A stretch of 63,808 nt of DNA, the filler included, from Bigelowiella natans CCMP2755 (lineage: Eukaryota > Protista > Cercozoa), in NCBI GenBank assembly GCA_000320545.1. It is 5 parts of 5 records of this genome, joined end to end, with 100 filler letters (N's around TTAATTAATTAA, not from the genome) between each part and the next. Parts side by side here need not be neighbours in the genome. Positions count along the whole stretch, not along the records: positions 20,441 to 51,024 come from ADNK01002464.1; positions 51,125 to 52,658 come from ADNK01001745.1; positions 52,759 to 61,704 come from ADNK01003582.1; 2 more parts are not named here. One strand, written 5' to 3'. Within the stretch, counting starts at the first letter, position 1, and each line of letters opens with the position of its first letter. Under the pieces are notes generated by a model, which was given only the letters and a program-made list of their open reading frames with translations, did no database searches and was not told the origin of the DNA. A program made the translations under genes and the position numbers. Positions 39,301-52,914 of the stretch are shown here, one piece after another.

Positions 39301-40488
39301 GATATGTGACGGAGAAATAGAGTTCGGAATAGGGACGACTTGTCTTATTGTATATGTAAGTCCGATGTTACTTCAATGTGTATTTGATGTTCCTCAATAG
39401 TATTTATCCGCTTGCTCGGGTCGTTGATTTTGTTGATGATGCTTATATTCTGCAAGAAAGGCCTTACGTCATCTTCTTCATCCTCTAGAAACGCTTTTGC
39501 ATCCCGGGATATTTGTACAATGTCTACAGGGCGGCCTGTTTCCAGGCTGCAAAATCCAGCTGCGGCGCCGCCCCTCCGTATGAACGCTCGCCCCCACAGG
39601 AAGTGGAGGGACCCAGAAGGATCCACTGCAGGGATGATGGAATACAATTCAGTCAGCCTATGCACGCATGTTACATGTGACGTGACATGTGCCCCACACA
39701 ATTCAGCGGCTCACAAGGGTTGGCATCGCCTCTCTCTAGATCGGCTAGTTGTGACGGATATCCTTCCCGCTGTGGCCCCCCTCCCACACTTACGTTGAAG
39801 AAATGTGTCCAAGAAGATATCAGTCTCTGTGACCCCGTGGGTTGGCGGGTCGTCGAGATTGGATATCGTCGGAGTCGTCGTCGGAGAGTCTAATACAGCG
39901 AGGGTATGATGCATGTTAATATTTTGTGGCGTTTCCTTTTACCATTTCGTCGTCAAATATTAAGTCAATTCATCAGCACCAGTTAGCACGTTGGCGCGAT
40001 GCGTTTCGATACCATCTGTGTACATTCACCTTGCTCCTTTTCGCCGCCGGGACTCCAAGCCTCCAAGCCCCTCCGTTTTCGGAGTGTGGAAAATGTACTA
40101 AAGGAATCCCCTTTGAGAATGCTCTTCATGCTTCCGTCTTCCTTGTTATTTACACTCTTTCCTTCCTCGCCCTTTTCTTCGGGAATGACAGTGGCTGCAG
40201 AGCTGCTCGAATTTGTACGTCGCATGCTGGTGAGGGGCGCCTTGCCATTGGATGCCATCGTCGATTGCTCTCCTGGTAAAGAAATAGAGGCAGCAGGAAT
40301 GTATAGCGGTACTAGGCTGTTGTTGTTTTTGTTGTTGTTGTAGTAGCAGCAGTAGCAGAGTAGTAGTAGTAGTAGTAGTAGCATATAATCTAGCTGCAGT
40401 TTGTCTGTTCCAACGGAACGTGCTCAGGAATATTCTCTATGTAACATTTGCATCGACGCACTGGCACAAAGCCTCAATATATGTGCGT

Positions 40489-40530
<42 letters not shown>

Positions 40531-42800
40531 GTGGAGCGAGAGAGGAAATAGAGTCGGAGGCAAGGCGAGGCACACCTGAACTAGATGTATGTCCATCAAA
40601 AAAAGATGAGGATCCTGACGGAGAGCCTAAAGGACTCCTAGGGTTACATCCAAAATATACGGACAACCATGAAAAAGGGAACATCTTCACGATTCCAGGG
40701 ACATTTGCCTTGCTATGAAAACGTAAACCACCAGTGGCGTTATATGCGAACACATGATGCATTTAAGACTTACATATGTTCTTCTACAACGATGGACGTT
40801 GCGATGTGGTCGCGTATCCGCGCGCTGCATTTTAGAATACGCCGCCGCTTGAAATCGTCCTGACATATATAGTGAGGACATACTTCAAATTCCCAACAAC
40901 TCCTTATTTAGTTCAGGTGAAGGATTTCAGTGGTCACTTGCAAAACTCGGTGGAAGAAACTAGAAGAAAATTCGAGAAAATCATTACTCCCGACGCCGTG
41001 CATTCAACGTGTAGAGGATCATCGTTGTTTCGAATCAATAGCTACGCTAGCATCAATGAAACTATCACCATCATCAATATAATCATCATCGTCATCATCA
41101 TCATCATCATCATCACTAAAAGCAGCATATAGATGTGATTGTGTGCCGTCATCACTCTGGCTCTGAAGAAGTTCCCGCCTTTTGAGATAGACAACAATGT
41201 TGATTTGTTTTTTTTTCTTTTGGAACTCTCGCTCGCAGCCATCTGATTTCCTCTCTCTCTTTTCATGCCTTGGAACTTCTTCGCTCCCCCGTTCATTTTG
41301 TCTTTTCTTTGCTCTCCATCCTTCTCCTCCTGCTGCTCTTTCCAACGGAGGACGGTGAAGGTTTTGCCATCCCACACAACTCTGTAGACTATGCCCTTGG
41401 TAGCAGTGGTCTGGAGCACTCCCAATAGGTGTGGGAACTGTATATCCGTGTTCACTTTAAACAGGAGTTCCTTCATCTGCTTGCGAGAAAGATTTACGAT
41501 ATGGGTCTTCCCGAAACCCATTTTGTAGCCGGAGGAGTAGATAAAACGTGCAACTGTTTTGCGGCCATGAGCGTAGCGCTGAAAACTATGGGAGATGACG
41601 GTGGGTATGGTATTGACGGTATTTTTCTTCATGATGTCGCCAGTCTTAGCCGAAGTGAAGTACCTGAACCACAAATGAGGAGTTCTTAGACAAGGAATAA
41701 TGTTTGTGTCAATCTTGTAGAAGAGATACTAGAGTTTTGGGCAAAATTCTTTTTAAAGAAGCAGCCCCACATATTCTTATTTGTTCTTTTCTCAGAGGGC
41801 TCGGAATAGAGATGTACATATGTCCTCAAAGCACTTAGTGCTTTTACGGAAATTGGAACGGATACGTTATCATCATAGAAAAGATAATCGGACTGTGGAT
41901 GAAGGAGGTATGCTCTATCGGTCGCAACACACAACTGCGTCTTTCTGTATTTACGGTTCATCGCTTCGATTTATGTCACCGTCGCGTGCCAGAACTGTCA
42001 TAATTAGATATGCTCACAGGACTATTGATTCTGCTTTGTTCTTACCAGCTTGCCCTTCTGTTGGGAGAAAAGATAACGCTGTGCGGGATGCATACCCGTG
42101 CCATAACGTTTCTCATGTTGAATTCCCTCAGATTCGATCCCTCATTACTATGTAAAATTTCAAAGAGCTTGCAATCGCAGCCAGCAACCTTACTGGCAAA
42201 GCTTTCAGCAACGATCGAGCGCTTCCCTTGTTCGCCCATTTCATCGCCAGAGTGTGGACCCTGCACCTGAATCTTCATTCTCTATCGGGGATCCTTGCAA
42301 TGAGCCTTCCCCGCTAGTAAAACCCCCACTCTGCCGATGTCACCTACTAACGATACCAAAAAACTTCAAATTTCTTTTAATTCTAAGCTCAAGGCAGCAG
42401 CCAGATAGCAACAACGTTCACAGGGCTAACCGATGATTCGACGATTAAGTCCGAGCCCAGGCTTTAGGACGAGGGAGGAGGCAAGGACTGACGAAGTTCC
42501 AAAGCCCTCCCTCCTTTCTCATGCCACTGGCCGGTTTGTCTTGACAGGCAGTAACGTCTCTGACAAATGATCTGTTTTTGCCTGCTTTTCTTTGCTGCGA
42601 CATCATAATCGGCTGAGTGCATTTCCGCTCCAGGTCTGGGTCTGTCGGCAATTCCACAGCTACACTTATTGCTTGGCAAATGTCTTGCAACACTTTGGAA
42701 ATGCAGTCCATCATCAAGTTCTTTCTTTCTTCCTTTCTGGAATTGGGGATCGGGTTGTTCATTTCAGTCTCCTGCACTTCTGATGATTCTTTCTGTCAGC
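36078..42800 (-). CDS. large multi-exon hypothetical protein with an acidic, internally repeated disordered C-terminus
   Basis: Chain of open exons (42445-42797, 42042-42278, 41270-41670, 40570-40630, 40030-40273, 39400-39660, 38680-38970, 36078-37310). A phase-1 join is plausible between SSS|G and EQSTMASNG. No family assigned with confidence. Confidence 0.55.
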
Positions 42801-43899
42801 TGCACTGTTGGAACCATTTCACTCGTTCACGTGTTCTGGTGGTGACAGTCTTGTGAGGATCACTCCACTCATGCGCCGTTCACGTGGCCTGCGCCACGTG
42901 TTTGCAAGTTCAATGCGTGCATGCGCCAATGAGTGAGCAGCGATTGCTGTCCACCGTCTGATTGTCATTTCACAAGTGAGCGACGACCGCAAAAATCTTC
43001 CAATCCGCAACATCCTGTCAATTGCATCTTGAGGCATCCTAGCTGTGCACATCGTGGAGAGTTGGAAACTGCCAGATTGACGAACTCCTTCCATGATGTC
43101 GTGTTTCCCTGCTAGCTAGCTAGCTCTGCTGTGGTTTTTCGCATCGTGCATAGCTGTGTTGTTGTTCATCGTTCGATCCGGCTCGTTCTGCTTCGGCTGC
43201 ACGTTCCTTGCGCAACACAAGAACTTGCTAGCTTGGAAACGCTTCGCATCTGTGTCACGATGCCACATTCATTCACACTCTATTCAACTCGATCTGCATG
43301 TTTTCGGATGGCGGACGCTAGCACGCACGTCCGTTGTGATCATGGACAACGCAACGTGATGCAAGACGGATGCAACCAATTGAACAATCAAATTGAATGG
43401 TCATCCTCATGTAGGTGTGCAATGCAGTGGCTACAGCGCTGATGTTGAATCTGTTGGTCTCCACCATGATTGATGTGTTTCATGCAATCAAATGCATGTT
43501 GATGTGTGCAACTGCATGTGTGACATTGCACATTTGATTGCTTTGTCTGTCCATTGCAAACAACGCAACATGCTAGCATGGCTAACACTTTCTAACTTTA
43601 TTCGTATGTTCGATCTGAAAAATTCTACGTGATGTTCTCAGCACCATATCTCCAAACATCTAGACATTGTCATTCTGACAGGAGACTACTGCTAGATGTG
43701 AACAATTGCAACGGACCGGACATGATTGGTAGCTAGTTAGGCAGTTCGGCGCAACGACACGCCCTCACACGCTGCCCCCATTGCACATGTCTACACACAC
43801 CAATTCGATCAATTCTCAGATCACTTCAAGGAAAGTCCTTTGTTACAAGAGAGGGCAGACATAACTGAAGTCCTTCTTGAGCCCAATACAGTTGGATGA

Positions 43900-45220
43900 A
43901 GTTTAGAAGGAAATCGTACGGCTATTGTTGCTAGCTGCTGTTGTTAGTGATTTCTTGTTGTGACTTCGTGCGCCAGCGTGCGCCAGCGTGCAACGAAATG
44001 TATCAAAAGCGAATAGGTCCTTCTCCAACTGCTCCATTCGACTTCTTCATTTTGAATATGGGACTGGTTTCCGTTTGCTAAGGCTCGTGTTGTCAACGAG
44101 TCTTTGGAGGGCCGTCAAGGCATCAGGCAATTGCAGCCGCCGTTCCCTTCCGGCCGATGGTCTCGATGACACCTACAAAAATATTGGATGATGGCTGGAG
44201 AGAAGGGTGTCATCTCAGAGCTAGAACGGGCTGTTTGTCTGAGATTTGAGTGCTGAAAAGTTCTCACGTACGCTTATTCTTCCGCCCCGGAGTGTGATAA
44301 TGAGCGAGCCATCTTATTCTCGACCGAATCGCTTCCAAAACCTCTCCTTCGAATGTCTTCATGACTAGCTTCATGCAGTCTGTTGTTAAATTTATTCGAG
44401 CTACTCGACGGCCAGAGCGTGTTGGACGTGTTCGGTTATTGAGAGTGGCTTTCAAAATAACACGTTTCCACTCGCGATAAACTTTGCCACGTGTCTTCTA
44501 CCTTCCGAACAGTGTGAGAATGTTTCGACGAACGTGGGAGAGGATCAATCTTTTCAGAGTCCTTCGATCACAAGAATGCTAAACTTTCCCTTGAGCGTCC
44601 CCAGACTGGTAGCCGAGCTCGTCTTCTTCCTCTTATTCGCTTTCTCTTCATCCCCATCAACGATATTGTGGGAAAATGCTCGATGCTCCCCCCCCGTCAG
44701 AAGAAAACAGCTTCCCGTACTTCTTGCTCCAGCCTCGATCGACGAATTGTCGGTATTTCAAAGAATAATAATCTCGAGAGTTTTTCGTGGAGATCTCCTG
44801 CCTTTGTCGCCTAAACCCATGCCATCATCGAGCATTACATTTCTTGGAAAACTCTGTCTTTTCTTTTCGCTCCAGGAACCGATAAAATTAGTGCAAAGAA
44901 GCTGGCTTTTGTACGAGTTCCGAGATTTGTCCGTACTTCTTTGTGGGTGGGTTAAGAACAGCCTCTCTAGACAATATGAGATGATTGATGATAACTACCT
45001 CGATGATGTAGCTACGACATGAGTATATTGACTTAAGAGCATATAAATATAGGAATAAAAATTCTCTGGATCTGAGATAGCTCTGATTTATTACCATTAA
45101 GACTGAATCCTTTCTACGTGGCCTTGAACGTAGCATTATCAGATACATGAGAACTAATTTCATGACCGTATAAGGACATTTCTGGAGTTCTTTGACATCA
45201 GCACGATTATTTATTAACAT
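43900..45220 (-). CDS. hypothetical basic protein (spliced)
   Basis: Open segments LKATLNNRTRPTRSGRRVARINLTTDCMKLVMKTFEGEVLEAIR and VSSRPSAGRERRLQLPDALTALQRLVD...LEKDLFAFD, divergent from the kinase. Boundaries are uncertain. Confidence 0.35.
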
Positions 45221-46005
45221 TTTCGTGGGGATTTTATTTATTGAGATGATTAAACTCCTTCCCCAAGCTGAAGAATGTTACGATACTGCGAATTTTTTTT
45301 TCACGGATATTTATCGGTAACAAATTGGCACACAAATTTTCGGAAATAACATGGTGCTATGACCAGTCGCAGTTGAGAAATTTTGAACGATTTCCGGTGG
45401 TCCGAAAAATATTGGGCAAGTGTATGAGGACATGCTCAACGTTCGGGCGAATTGTTGGAAAAGTATTCAAAACGAAGCAAGTTTCACTTGTTTGCTGTAC
45501 CCTTGTTATTTTCGCTTGAATCCGCCTGTTGAAATTGTCGTAGTAGTCGTAGCAGATCGCTTATTTTCCTTCACCTGATTGGAAGTCGATACGATTGAGC
45601 TGGAAAAGAACTTACGGTCGGACCATCGCATTAATTCAAACTTTTAGAACACTATTTGGAGAACATAAAGGAATAAAGTTCAATTAAATAAATTTGAACG
45701 ACAATAAAAAATATGTGCATTCAACGATAATTGCCATTTGTTTTCTGAGTCTGTGGCTCATCTAGAATACTTAGAGCCTTAAATCTTCTGAATATTTTGT
45801 TCTTACGCTTACCGCCCCCGTTTGTTAACCTGGAGATAAGCAAACTCCGGGCTACTGCTGTGCAATAGAGTTTCTACAGATATAATTTTGTTCCTGTTTA
45901 TTTCTTGATCGTAAGGGTGGGAGAGAATAGGGTCTTAGTGCGGCACGGGGCATCGTTTTCCTGCATCAAATACAAGCGCACAGTGGTGCTCGAAAGTGCC
46001 CCGTT

Positions 46006-47669
46006 ATGGCATCTACTGCAATGACCGATTCCAAATCACCAATACCCAAGTACCCTACAGGGCCTATAGGTTTCCACCTTTTTGAAGAAATAGGTAGCGG
46101 TGCGTTCGCAAAAGTTTATCGTGCTGCAGTTTGTGTCATTGACTGGAAAACGTTCGAGGCCAATGTAAAGAAAGCAGAGACAATACCAGAAAATGCAATG
46201 AAAAAGCTTGAAAAAACTTTCAAGGATCGCCCACATAAACTCTTAGAGCTTACAGTGCAATCTGCTCTCTCAGAGCTTTTCGGTGAGGAGACACCAGGAA
46301 GCGAAGAAATGAATGTGGTTAAGAATATCATCGAAATTATCAAAAAAAGCCGCAAAGACACCAAGGTAAGCTATCACTAAATTCAGTAGATGTATGTATA
46401 TTTATATAAGTTCTTTCGCAGGAAAATGTCGCTGTGAAGATAATTGAAGCACAGCATGCCAATTGGGATGATATTCGGCTGGAGCTCGTAACCATGAGAT
46501 CTATGAACCACGAGAACGTGGTCCGCGTGCACAGTGCTTTTGTTAATGAACTTGAGAATGATCAAGAGCTCTGGATTGTAATGCCTTTCCTTGCTGTGGG
46601 ATCATGCTCTTCAGTGTTGCGGGATTTGACACCGGATGTAAATAAGGATGATGTCGTTCCGAAAGGAATCAAGGACGAGAAAACTCTTGCCACAATATTA
46701 CATAAAGTCTTGAAGGCCCTTGCTTACTTTCATAAGGACGGTCGGATACATAGAGACGTAAAAGCTGGAAATATTCTCCTCTCAGCTGATGGGGAAGTAA
46801 AACTCGCCGACTTTGGAGTGTCTGCAAATACTATTAAGCACGGATCCAGAGAGAACTTACGTAAGACCTTCGTTGGCACACCGTGTTGGATGGCCCCAGA
46901 GGTTATGGAGCAGCGAAACGGCTACAATACCAAAGCAGATATCTGGTCCTTCGGAATCACCGCCATGGAACTGGCTTATGGATATGCACCTTACGCCAAA
47001 GAGGCAGCGATGAAGGTTCTCGTCCTCACTTTGAAGGATCCTCCTCCAACATGTCAGGTTTACCCTGACTATAATAAGCCAGCTTTACCAAAATCTTTCC
47101 ACAAGATGATCAGTAAATGCCTGAAAAAAGACCCAGCTGATAGGCCGGAAGCGTCAAAATTGATTAGACATTCTTTTTTCAAGAATGTGCAAGATCAAAA
47201 GTATCTCGTGCAGCACCTGATAACTGGAGTACTCCAGCAAAGGTCCAAGGAAGATGCGCCGAAGAAATTATACAGTGAGGAAAGAAATGACGGGGAGCCT
47301 AGTCCACCTAAAAACAATAATTCTTACGAGTTAGAAAGCTTCCAATTTACAGGTAAAATCTTAGGGGAAATTAGGGAAGAGAGGGACAAAATAAAAGAAG
47401 AAAAGAACAAACAATCTGAGAACGGCGACAATAAAGCCAAAGCGGACAATGGTGGTGATGGTGAAAAGAGAGGACGATTCACTGTGAAAAGCGGAGGAGA
47501 GGAGCCCACTGAAAACAAGCGGGGTAGATTTACTATAGTTAAGAATGAGGTCGCCGCGAGTGTGAAGGTGAAAGGCAGGTTTACTGTTAAGACAGTGCAA
47601 GAATCTCCCAACGACGAGACGCAACCTCCTGCTAATACTGGCCCTGTTGCTACCCCTGCTCCTGTATAG
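46006..47669 (+). CDS. STE20-family Ser/Thr kinase, OSR1/SPAK (FRAY/GCK-VI)-like
   Basis: Exons 46006-46365 and 46422-47669 (56-nt GT-AG intron, in phase). Motifs IGSGAFAKVY, VAVK, LWIVMPFL, IHRDVKAGNILL, ADFGVSA, RKTFVGTPCWMAPEVMEQ, GYNTKADIWSFGITAMELAYG and MKVLVLTL match the OSR1/SPAK subfamily. Confidence 0.95.
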
Positions 47670-49225
47670 CAGCAGCAGCAGCAGCCCCCATCAAATACCT
47701 AGCACAACTGTCTGGTGGTGGAGAATTATTTTAGTGTTCACTTGGGTTGCTGTACACATGACTAGATACCAGCCCTACAACACGAATTCCATTTAACGCT
47801 GTCCTTTTTAGAAATCCTTTTAAGTTACATCCTCTTCCGTATTCTCCTACCCTTCTGCTACTTTCAAGACATGTAGTAAGGGCAAAACTGAGGCGAAAAA
47901 GCTCGAGAAGCAACCCGATGCAATGTCGTATTTGTGGTTGCGGAGAAATAGTGATTGATGACAACAAGTCTGGAGTTTTCGACGTCCTGATGCTAAGGAT
48001 ACAGCAATAGATATATCTAAGTTTATGACACGACTGCATCACTTATCTGCAGAAAAACAAACTTTCAGATGCATTCTAACTATCCCTTCTAGACTTGAGG
48101 ATATACATCAGATGTTGTGTGGGTATGTGTGTGTGTCCGTGTGTCCGTGTGTCGTTTTGGGTTTTGTGGATGGCCTTGCTTGGGCGGGACGTGTACGATT
48201 TGCTGTAACATGTAGACGTACAAAGTACCTACAAGCGCAAAATAGACGCCGCATTGCTGGACCTGCTATAGCCTGCTCATCTCAGCAGTCAATACGTAGC
48301 CTCAAGTGGACATATGTCCATATATACCTAAAAATCGCCACATAATTGCCCCTGAAGATCTAGAGATGGTTACATGGGCACATGGTAGATGTCTTGCGGC
48401 ACGCGTAGCGTCTAGTTGTACGTTGTGTATGTAGTGCTAGAGTGCTAGAGTGCCTCAGCTAGCTCAGCTCATTCAATCCAGCATGCACATATAGCTAGAT
48501 AGTAGCTTATAGCAGCGATGCAGAGCTACGCTAGTACGCTAGCGAGGTCACATAGTCATGCTAGCATGTAGCTAGATAGCACGCACAAGCACGCTAACGC
48601 TTCACGGGCGCAACAACAATCCTAGCTAGCTAGAACATTGCGATGCTTTGCTTTGCAACATGGAGCAGACATTTAAGCGTTGCAGTGCTCGCATAGCTAG
48701 ATAGCTACACTTTAGCACTAATAGCTAGCTAGCACATTAGGATGACTATTGTCTAGATTGTTGTTAAAATTTAATTCAATGAACACGCACATTTGTCTCA
48801 AATTCGCAGAAAGTAATGATAATAGACATGTCTATAATAATGAACATGATCTTAGCGCTGCTAGGCTGCATTGCTAGTTAAGATGAAACGATTGAAAATT
48901 CATTTGTCATTTGTGCCATTCTAGCATTCGTCTCAGCCATCGCATGCTACCTAGCCTATAAGCTAGCTACGCCAGCTTTCTGCCATGCTGCTGCTTTTGC
49001 TGTGCATAAAGCATACATCTAGATATCCGCATAAGCACATACATAGCGGTGGAGGACTATTGAAAATTTTAATCATATCATTACATCCGTCTTATGTAGC
49101 GGTGGAGAAACGCTGGTTGGCAGTCGTCAGTGGTTGTACGAGGGCGGCAAGCCTTAATTTGTCCTGCTTATTTAGACTACATCTAACATGCGACTAAAAG
49201 GTCCTGCGTCATTATGTCTAGATAT

Positions 49226-50351
49226 TCAGAAAGCCTTCCTTTTCCTTGTCGCCCCGTCGCTGCGACTGGTCAATCTTTGACGGGTGTACTCCCAGATCAA
49301 CAACGAACCGCTGACATGTACATTAAGGCTGCGGACAATTCCAAGTTGCGGAATTTCGATGCAGTCGTCGACCTGAGTTAATGAGAAGAATCAGGCATGC
49401 ACAGAACACCAACAGTTGGGCGACATAGATGAAAAGAGAAGGCCTGCTCGTCTCAGATACGATATCCACAGGTTGGCTTTTGGTTGCCTCCCGGTTTCAA
49501 TAGCGTTGGATGAAACTCCGTTTGACGGCAAGACAGAACAAATCATTCGAATTTCTCCATAGTTATTCCTTGTTTAAATAATTGACAGAAGCGTGAGAAA
49601 TCGTTCATGCAGGCCGTCCGGACACTTACCAGATTCAGAAGGTCCGCCGGGACCCCTTCCTTCTCCTTGCCGAGGAGGACGGCCACCTTTTCTGGGAATG
49701 TGTATTCCTGGAGACGCTGTGACCTCGCTGCTTGCTCAAGGGCAAGGATCTTATAGCCTTCGTTTTTCAATTGACGAATGTACGACGGTAGCAGGGAAGG
49801 CGGCACCTCCTTTAGAGGCATCCATTTTTCCGCTGTCACAGACAGCTGCTTATACACCTGTAAGTGAGCCCATCACCAGCACATGGTAGGAGAAGGTTGA
49901 GGAGGCGGATAAGAACGAAGGGGGGGGGGCAATGGCTGGGAATTTGAGGAGGGCTTTACGAGAGGCAGTTACACAGTAGAACAAGCACCACCTCCAACAG
50001 CCACGTTATAAACAAGGTACAACCATAAATGGTGCTTGATGGGCGCTGTTCGTTCGACGGCAATGTATGCATGTGGCATGTGCGCTGGCTATTCACCTGG
50101 TGATTTCGGATCTTCATATCAGGGACAACAAGGGTCTCGACGTTGAAAATCTCACATGTCCGCGTGAGCCCCCCTGTATTATTATTATTATTATTATTAT
50201 TATCATCATTATCAGCATCACCACCAACAACCAACAAAAGGCAACAGGTCTCTGCTTTCAATAGCCACCTACCAGCAGTCCTGCTTTTTTAAAAAATGCA
50301 TGCATGTGATGAAGAAGTGGGGCATGCTGAAGAGATGAACGGAGAGGAGCC

Positions 50352-50395
<44 letters not shown>

Positions 50396-50828
50396 GAAGG
50401 GTGCAAACTACGACGACGAGGAACGTTCCTACCAAGATTCGGTGGCTTATTTACAAGGGATGCTATCATGATGATGCTCTGCCTCCCTGCACACAAAAAA
50501 CCACGATGACGGCAATAAGAGACTTTCGCATAAAGTGCTGCTTAGCCACTGCTCTTAGATCATTCGAGACTCTCTCGTGGTTGTTTTCCAGCATGATAGA
50601 GAGTCGAGACACTCACACTGCACCTTTGGATTCCATCTCCTTCTTGAGCGCTTTTCTCTTATCCCCGTCCTGGTTGTGTGCAAGGTTCGCGTATAGCGTT
50701 GCAAGAGGCTGGATTTTTTGCTGGTAGTTGGCCTCGTCGCCTTCGAGGACGGCCTTGGCGTCCACACCGACGGTAATCCTGTGGCGCACGCTTCGCGACT
50801 GCCTCTCGTTCTTCAGCGACATCCGGTT
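49226..50828 (-). CDS. TARBP1: SpoU/TrmH RNA 2'-O-methyltransferase, TARBP1/Trm3-like (3' part)
   Basis: Spliced reading NYQQKIQP...[18 protein letters not shown]|GLTRTCEIF...QLSVTAEKW...LEQAARS...[21 protein letters not shown]|[32 protein letters not shown], with TGA at 49226-49228. The 5' end is cut by the linker. Confidence 0.92.
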
Positions 50829-50940
50829 CTGGGCAGCGGTGGTGAGAGATGACAGTTTGAAGAGGAGGAGGAGGAGGAGGAGGAGGCAGAAGAGCAGATG
50901 TAGAAAACAACGATGCTTCATATAATGGTCATATTACATA

Positions 50941-51010
<70 letters not shown>

Positions 51011-51024
51011 GGGGGGGGGGGGGG

Positions 51025-51124
51025 NNNNNNNNNNNNNNNNNNNNNNNNNNNNNNNNNNNNNNNNNNNNTTAATTAATTAANNNNNNNNNNNNNNNNNNNN
51101 NNNNNNNNNNNNNNNNNNNNNNNN
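51025..51124. other. artificial assembly linker/gap
   Basis: 44 N + TTAATTAATTAA + 44 N. Confidence 0.97.
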
Positions 51125-51155
51125 TCATAACTGTGTTGCCTATATGCTGCCGATT

Positions 51156-51202
<47 letters not shown>

Positions 51203-51298
51203 TTTCATATATACATATATATATTTTTAGTAGTTATCATATTTGCTGAATGGATGGATATAAGGCTGCGTGAGCATGATCGAGTGTGTATGACTGAC

Positions 51299-51433
51299 CA
51301 GGAGCGAAATCCCACAACTTGGGGCAGTTCTCCTCGACGTATCTAAGTAGTAGTAGCGCGGCATCAACGGCCATCATCCTTCATACAACTTCCGACAAGA
51401 TACGTAGATGCACGCTTATTTATCTTGATTAAT

Positions 51434-51486
<53 letters not shown>

Positions 51487-51708
51487 TTGCATATGTGAGG
51501 TGGTTTTCTTCATCATGTCAATTGTGTATACTATGAGCAAGCGTGCTGCCTTTGACTGTGCGAGGGGCGTGACGTCGCATTTAGTAAGTACCCGTCTACT
51601 CTCCCGCAAGCGACATATGCCATATTCAGCCCGCAGCTTCCAACAACTCGAATCCTTACGAATAATAAACTCATTACTACTGCGCATACGCGCGCGCGCG
51701 CACACACG

Positions 51709-51749
<41 letters not shown>

Positions 51750-52278
51750 ACACACGCGCGCTCACGTGCGCCAACATCATGTATTGTCAATATGGCATTA
51801 TTGGGATTCTGTATTCTCTTCTTCCTCCTCCTCCCCCTCCCCCCCCTGAATGACAATGAAGTAATTCACTGACCCCTGAACGTTGTGCTGCAGCAATTCC
51901 CGACATCTGGAATGGAACCTGGCGCAAATAATGCAGTGTAAGTGCATCATACAACTCTCTCCTAACTACCAACTGAAACCATTATCACGCAGGAGGGAGG
52001 GGGAGGAGTTATTAGGATGCTCTGTTTCGCAATTTTGATCCCTCATGATTTCAAATGTATTCCTTATTTTTCTATGGAACGCTTCAAATGAGGTATCTGA
52101 TGGTCAATGCTGCCCGATTTCCCAAGATGGCATTTCAAAGCGTATCTAAAGAGCTTCTCACTATGCCGTGTCTTCCTCTCTCCCCCCCCCTCCCCCCGCC
52201 CATCCATCTCCCAGAAAGCAACCTAAGAATGTCTTTGTTCGTTCTGCCATACCCAGCGTCCACCATCACATACGCACG
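51299..52278 (-). CDS. inositol monophosphatase family protein (internal fragment)
   Basis: Four in-phase micro-exons (52223-52278, 51874-51918, 51592-51654, 51299-51342) give RAYVMVDAGYGRTNKDILRFHSRCRELLQHNVQGIRVVGSCGLNMAYVACGRVDGYVEENCPKLWDFAPG. This carries the IMPase R..GS..L....VA.G..D.Y and WD motifs. Confidence 0.9.
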
Positions 52279-52658
52279 CTAGAGAAAAGAAGGGGAGACG
52301 AAGGCATAAAGAAAAGAGGCGGGGGGGGGGGGGGGGGGGGGGGGGGGGAGGGCCCGGGGGGAGGGCCTTTCTTTTGGCTTTGCTTTGAAATCTTGGGAAG
52401 GGGGGGGGGGTGGACTTTCAGATTCAAGGGGTGGGGGGCGGGGGTTGGTTTTTAGGGTCGGGGCTGTTTCTTTTTTTAAAAACCCTCCCAAAAACCCAGG
52501 GATTTTCCTTGAAACCCCCCCCCCCTTTGGTCAAACAAAAAACCTGGTTATATGGAAAGGAAATTCGGGAAAAAAAAGGGGGGGGGGGGGGGCCGAATGC
52601 CTTCACATCATACCGCGTACGCCATAAGAGAGGGGAAGAAAAAGGAAAAAAAAAAGAA

Positions 52659-52758
52659 NNNNNNNNNNNNNNNNNNNNNNNNNNNNNNNNNNNNNNNNNN
52701 NNTTAATTAATTAANNNNNNNNNNNNNNNNNNNNNNNNNNNNNNNNNNNNNNNNNNNN
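52659..52758. other. artificial assembly linker/gap
   Basis: 44 N + TTAATTAATTAA + 44 N. Confidence 0.97.
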
Positions 52759-52867
52759 CCACGCATATCGCTCTTAACAGCCAAACGTTCGAAACGAGTA
52801 TGTACCAAGCAGCGTGCCCGACGTTGTCACCTAAACACGCCAGTCAAACATCTTTCTCTCCCTCTCC

Positions 52868-52909
<42 letters not shown>

Positions 52910-52914
52910 CTCAG

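Noticed and set aside
49226-52278. Fusion of inositol monophosphatase with the SpoU methyltransferase
   Set aside because: They are on the same strand but separated by an artificial linker, and both are incomplete at the junction.
52310-52658. Homopolymer-rich G/C/A/T stretch as a G-quadruplex or regulatory element
   Set aside because: It follows a long G run and abuts a gap, which is typical of a degraded read end.
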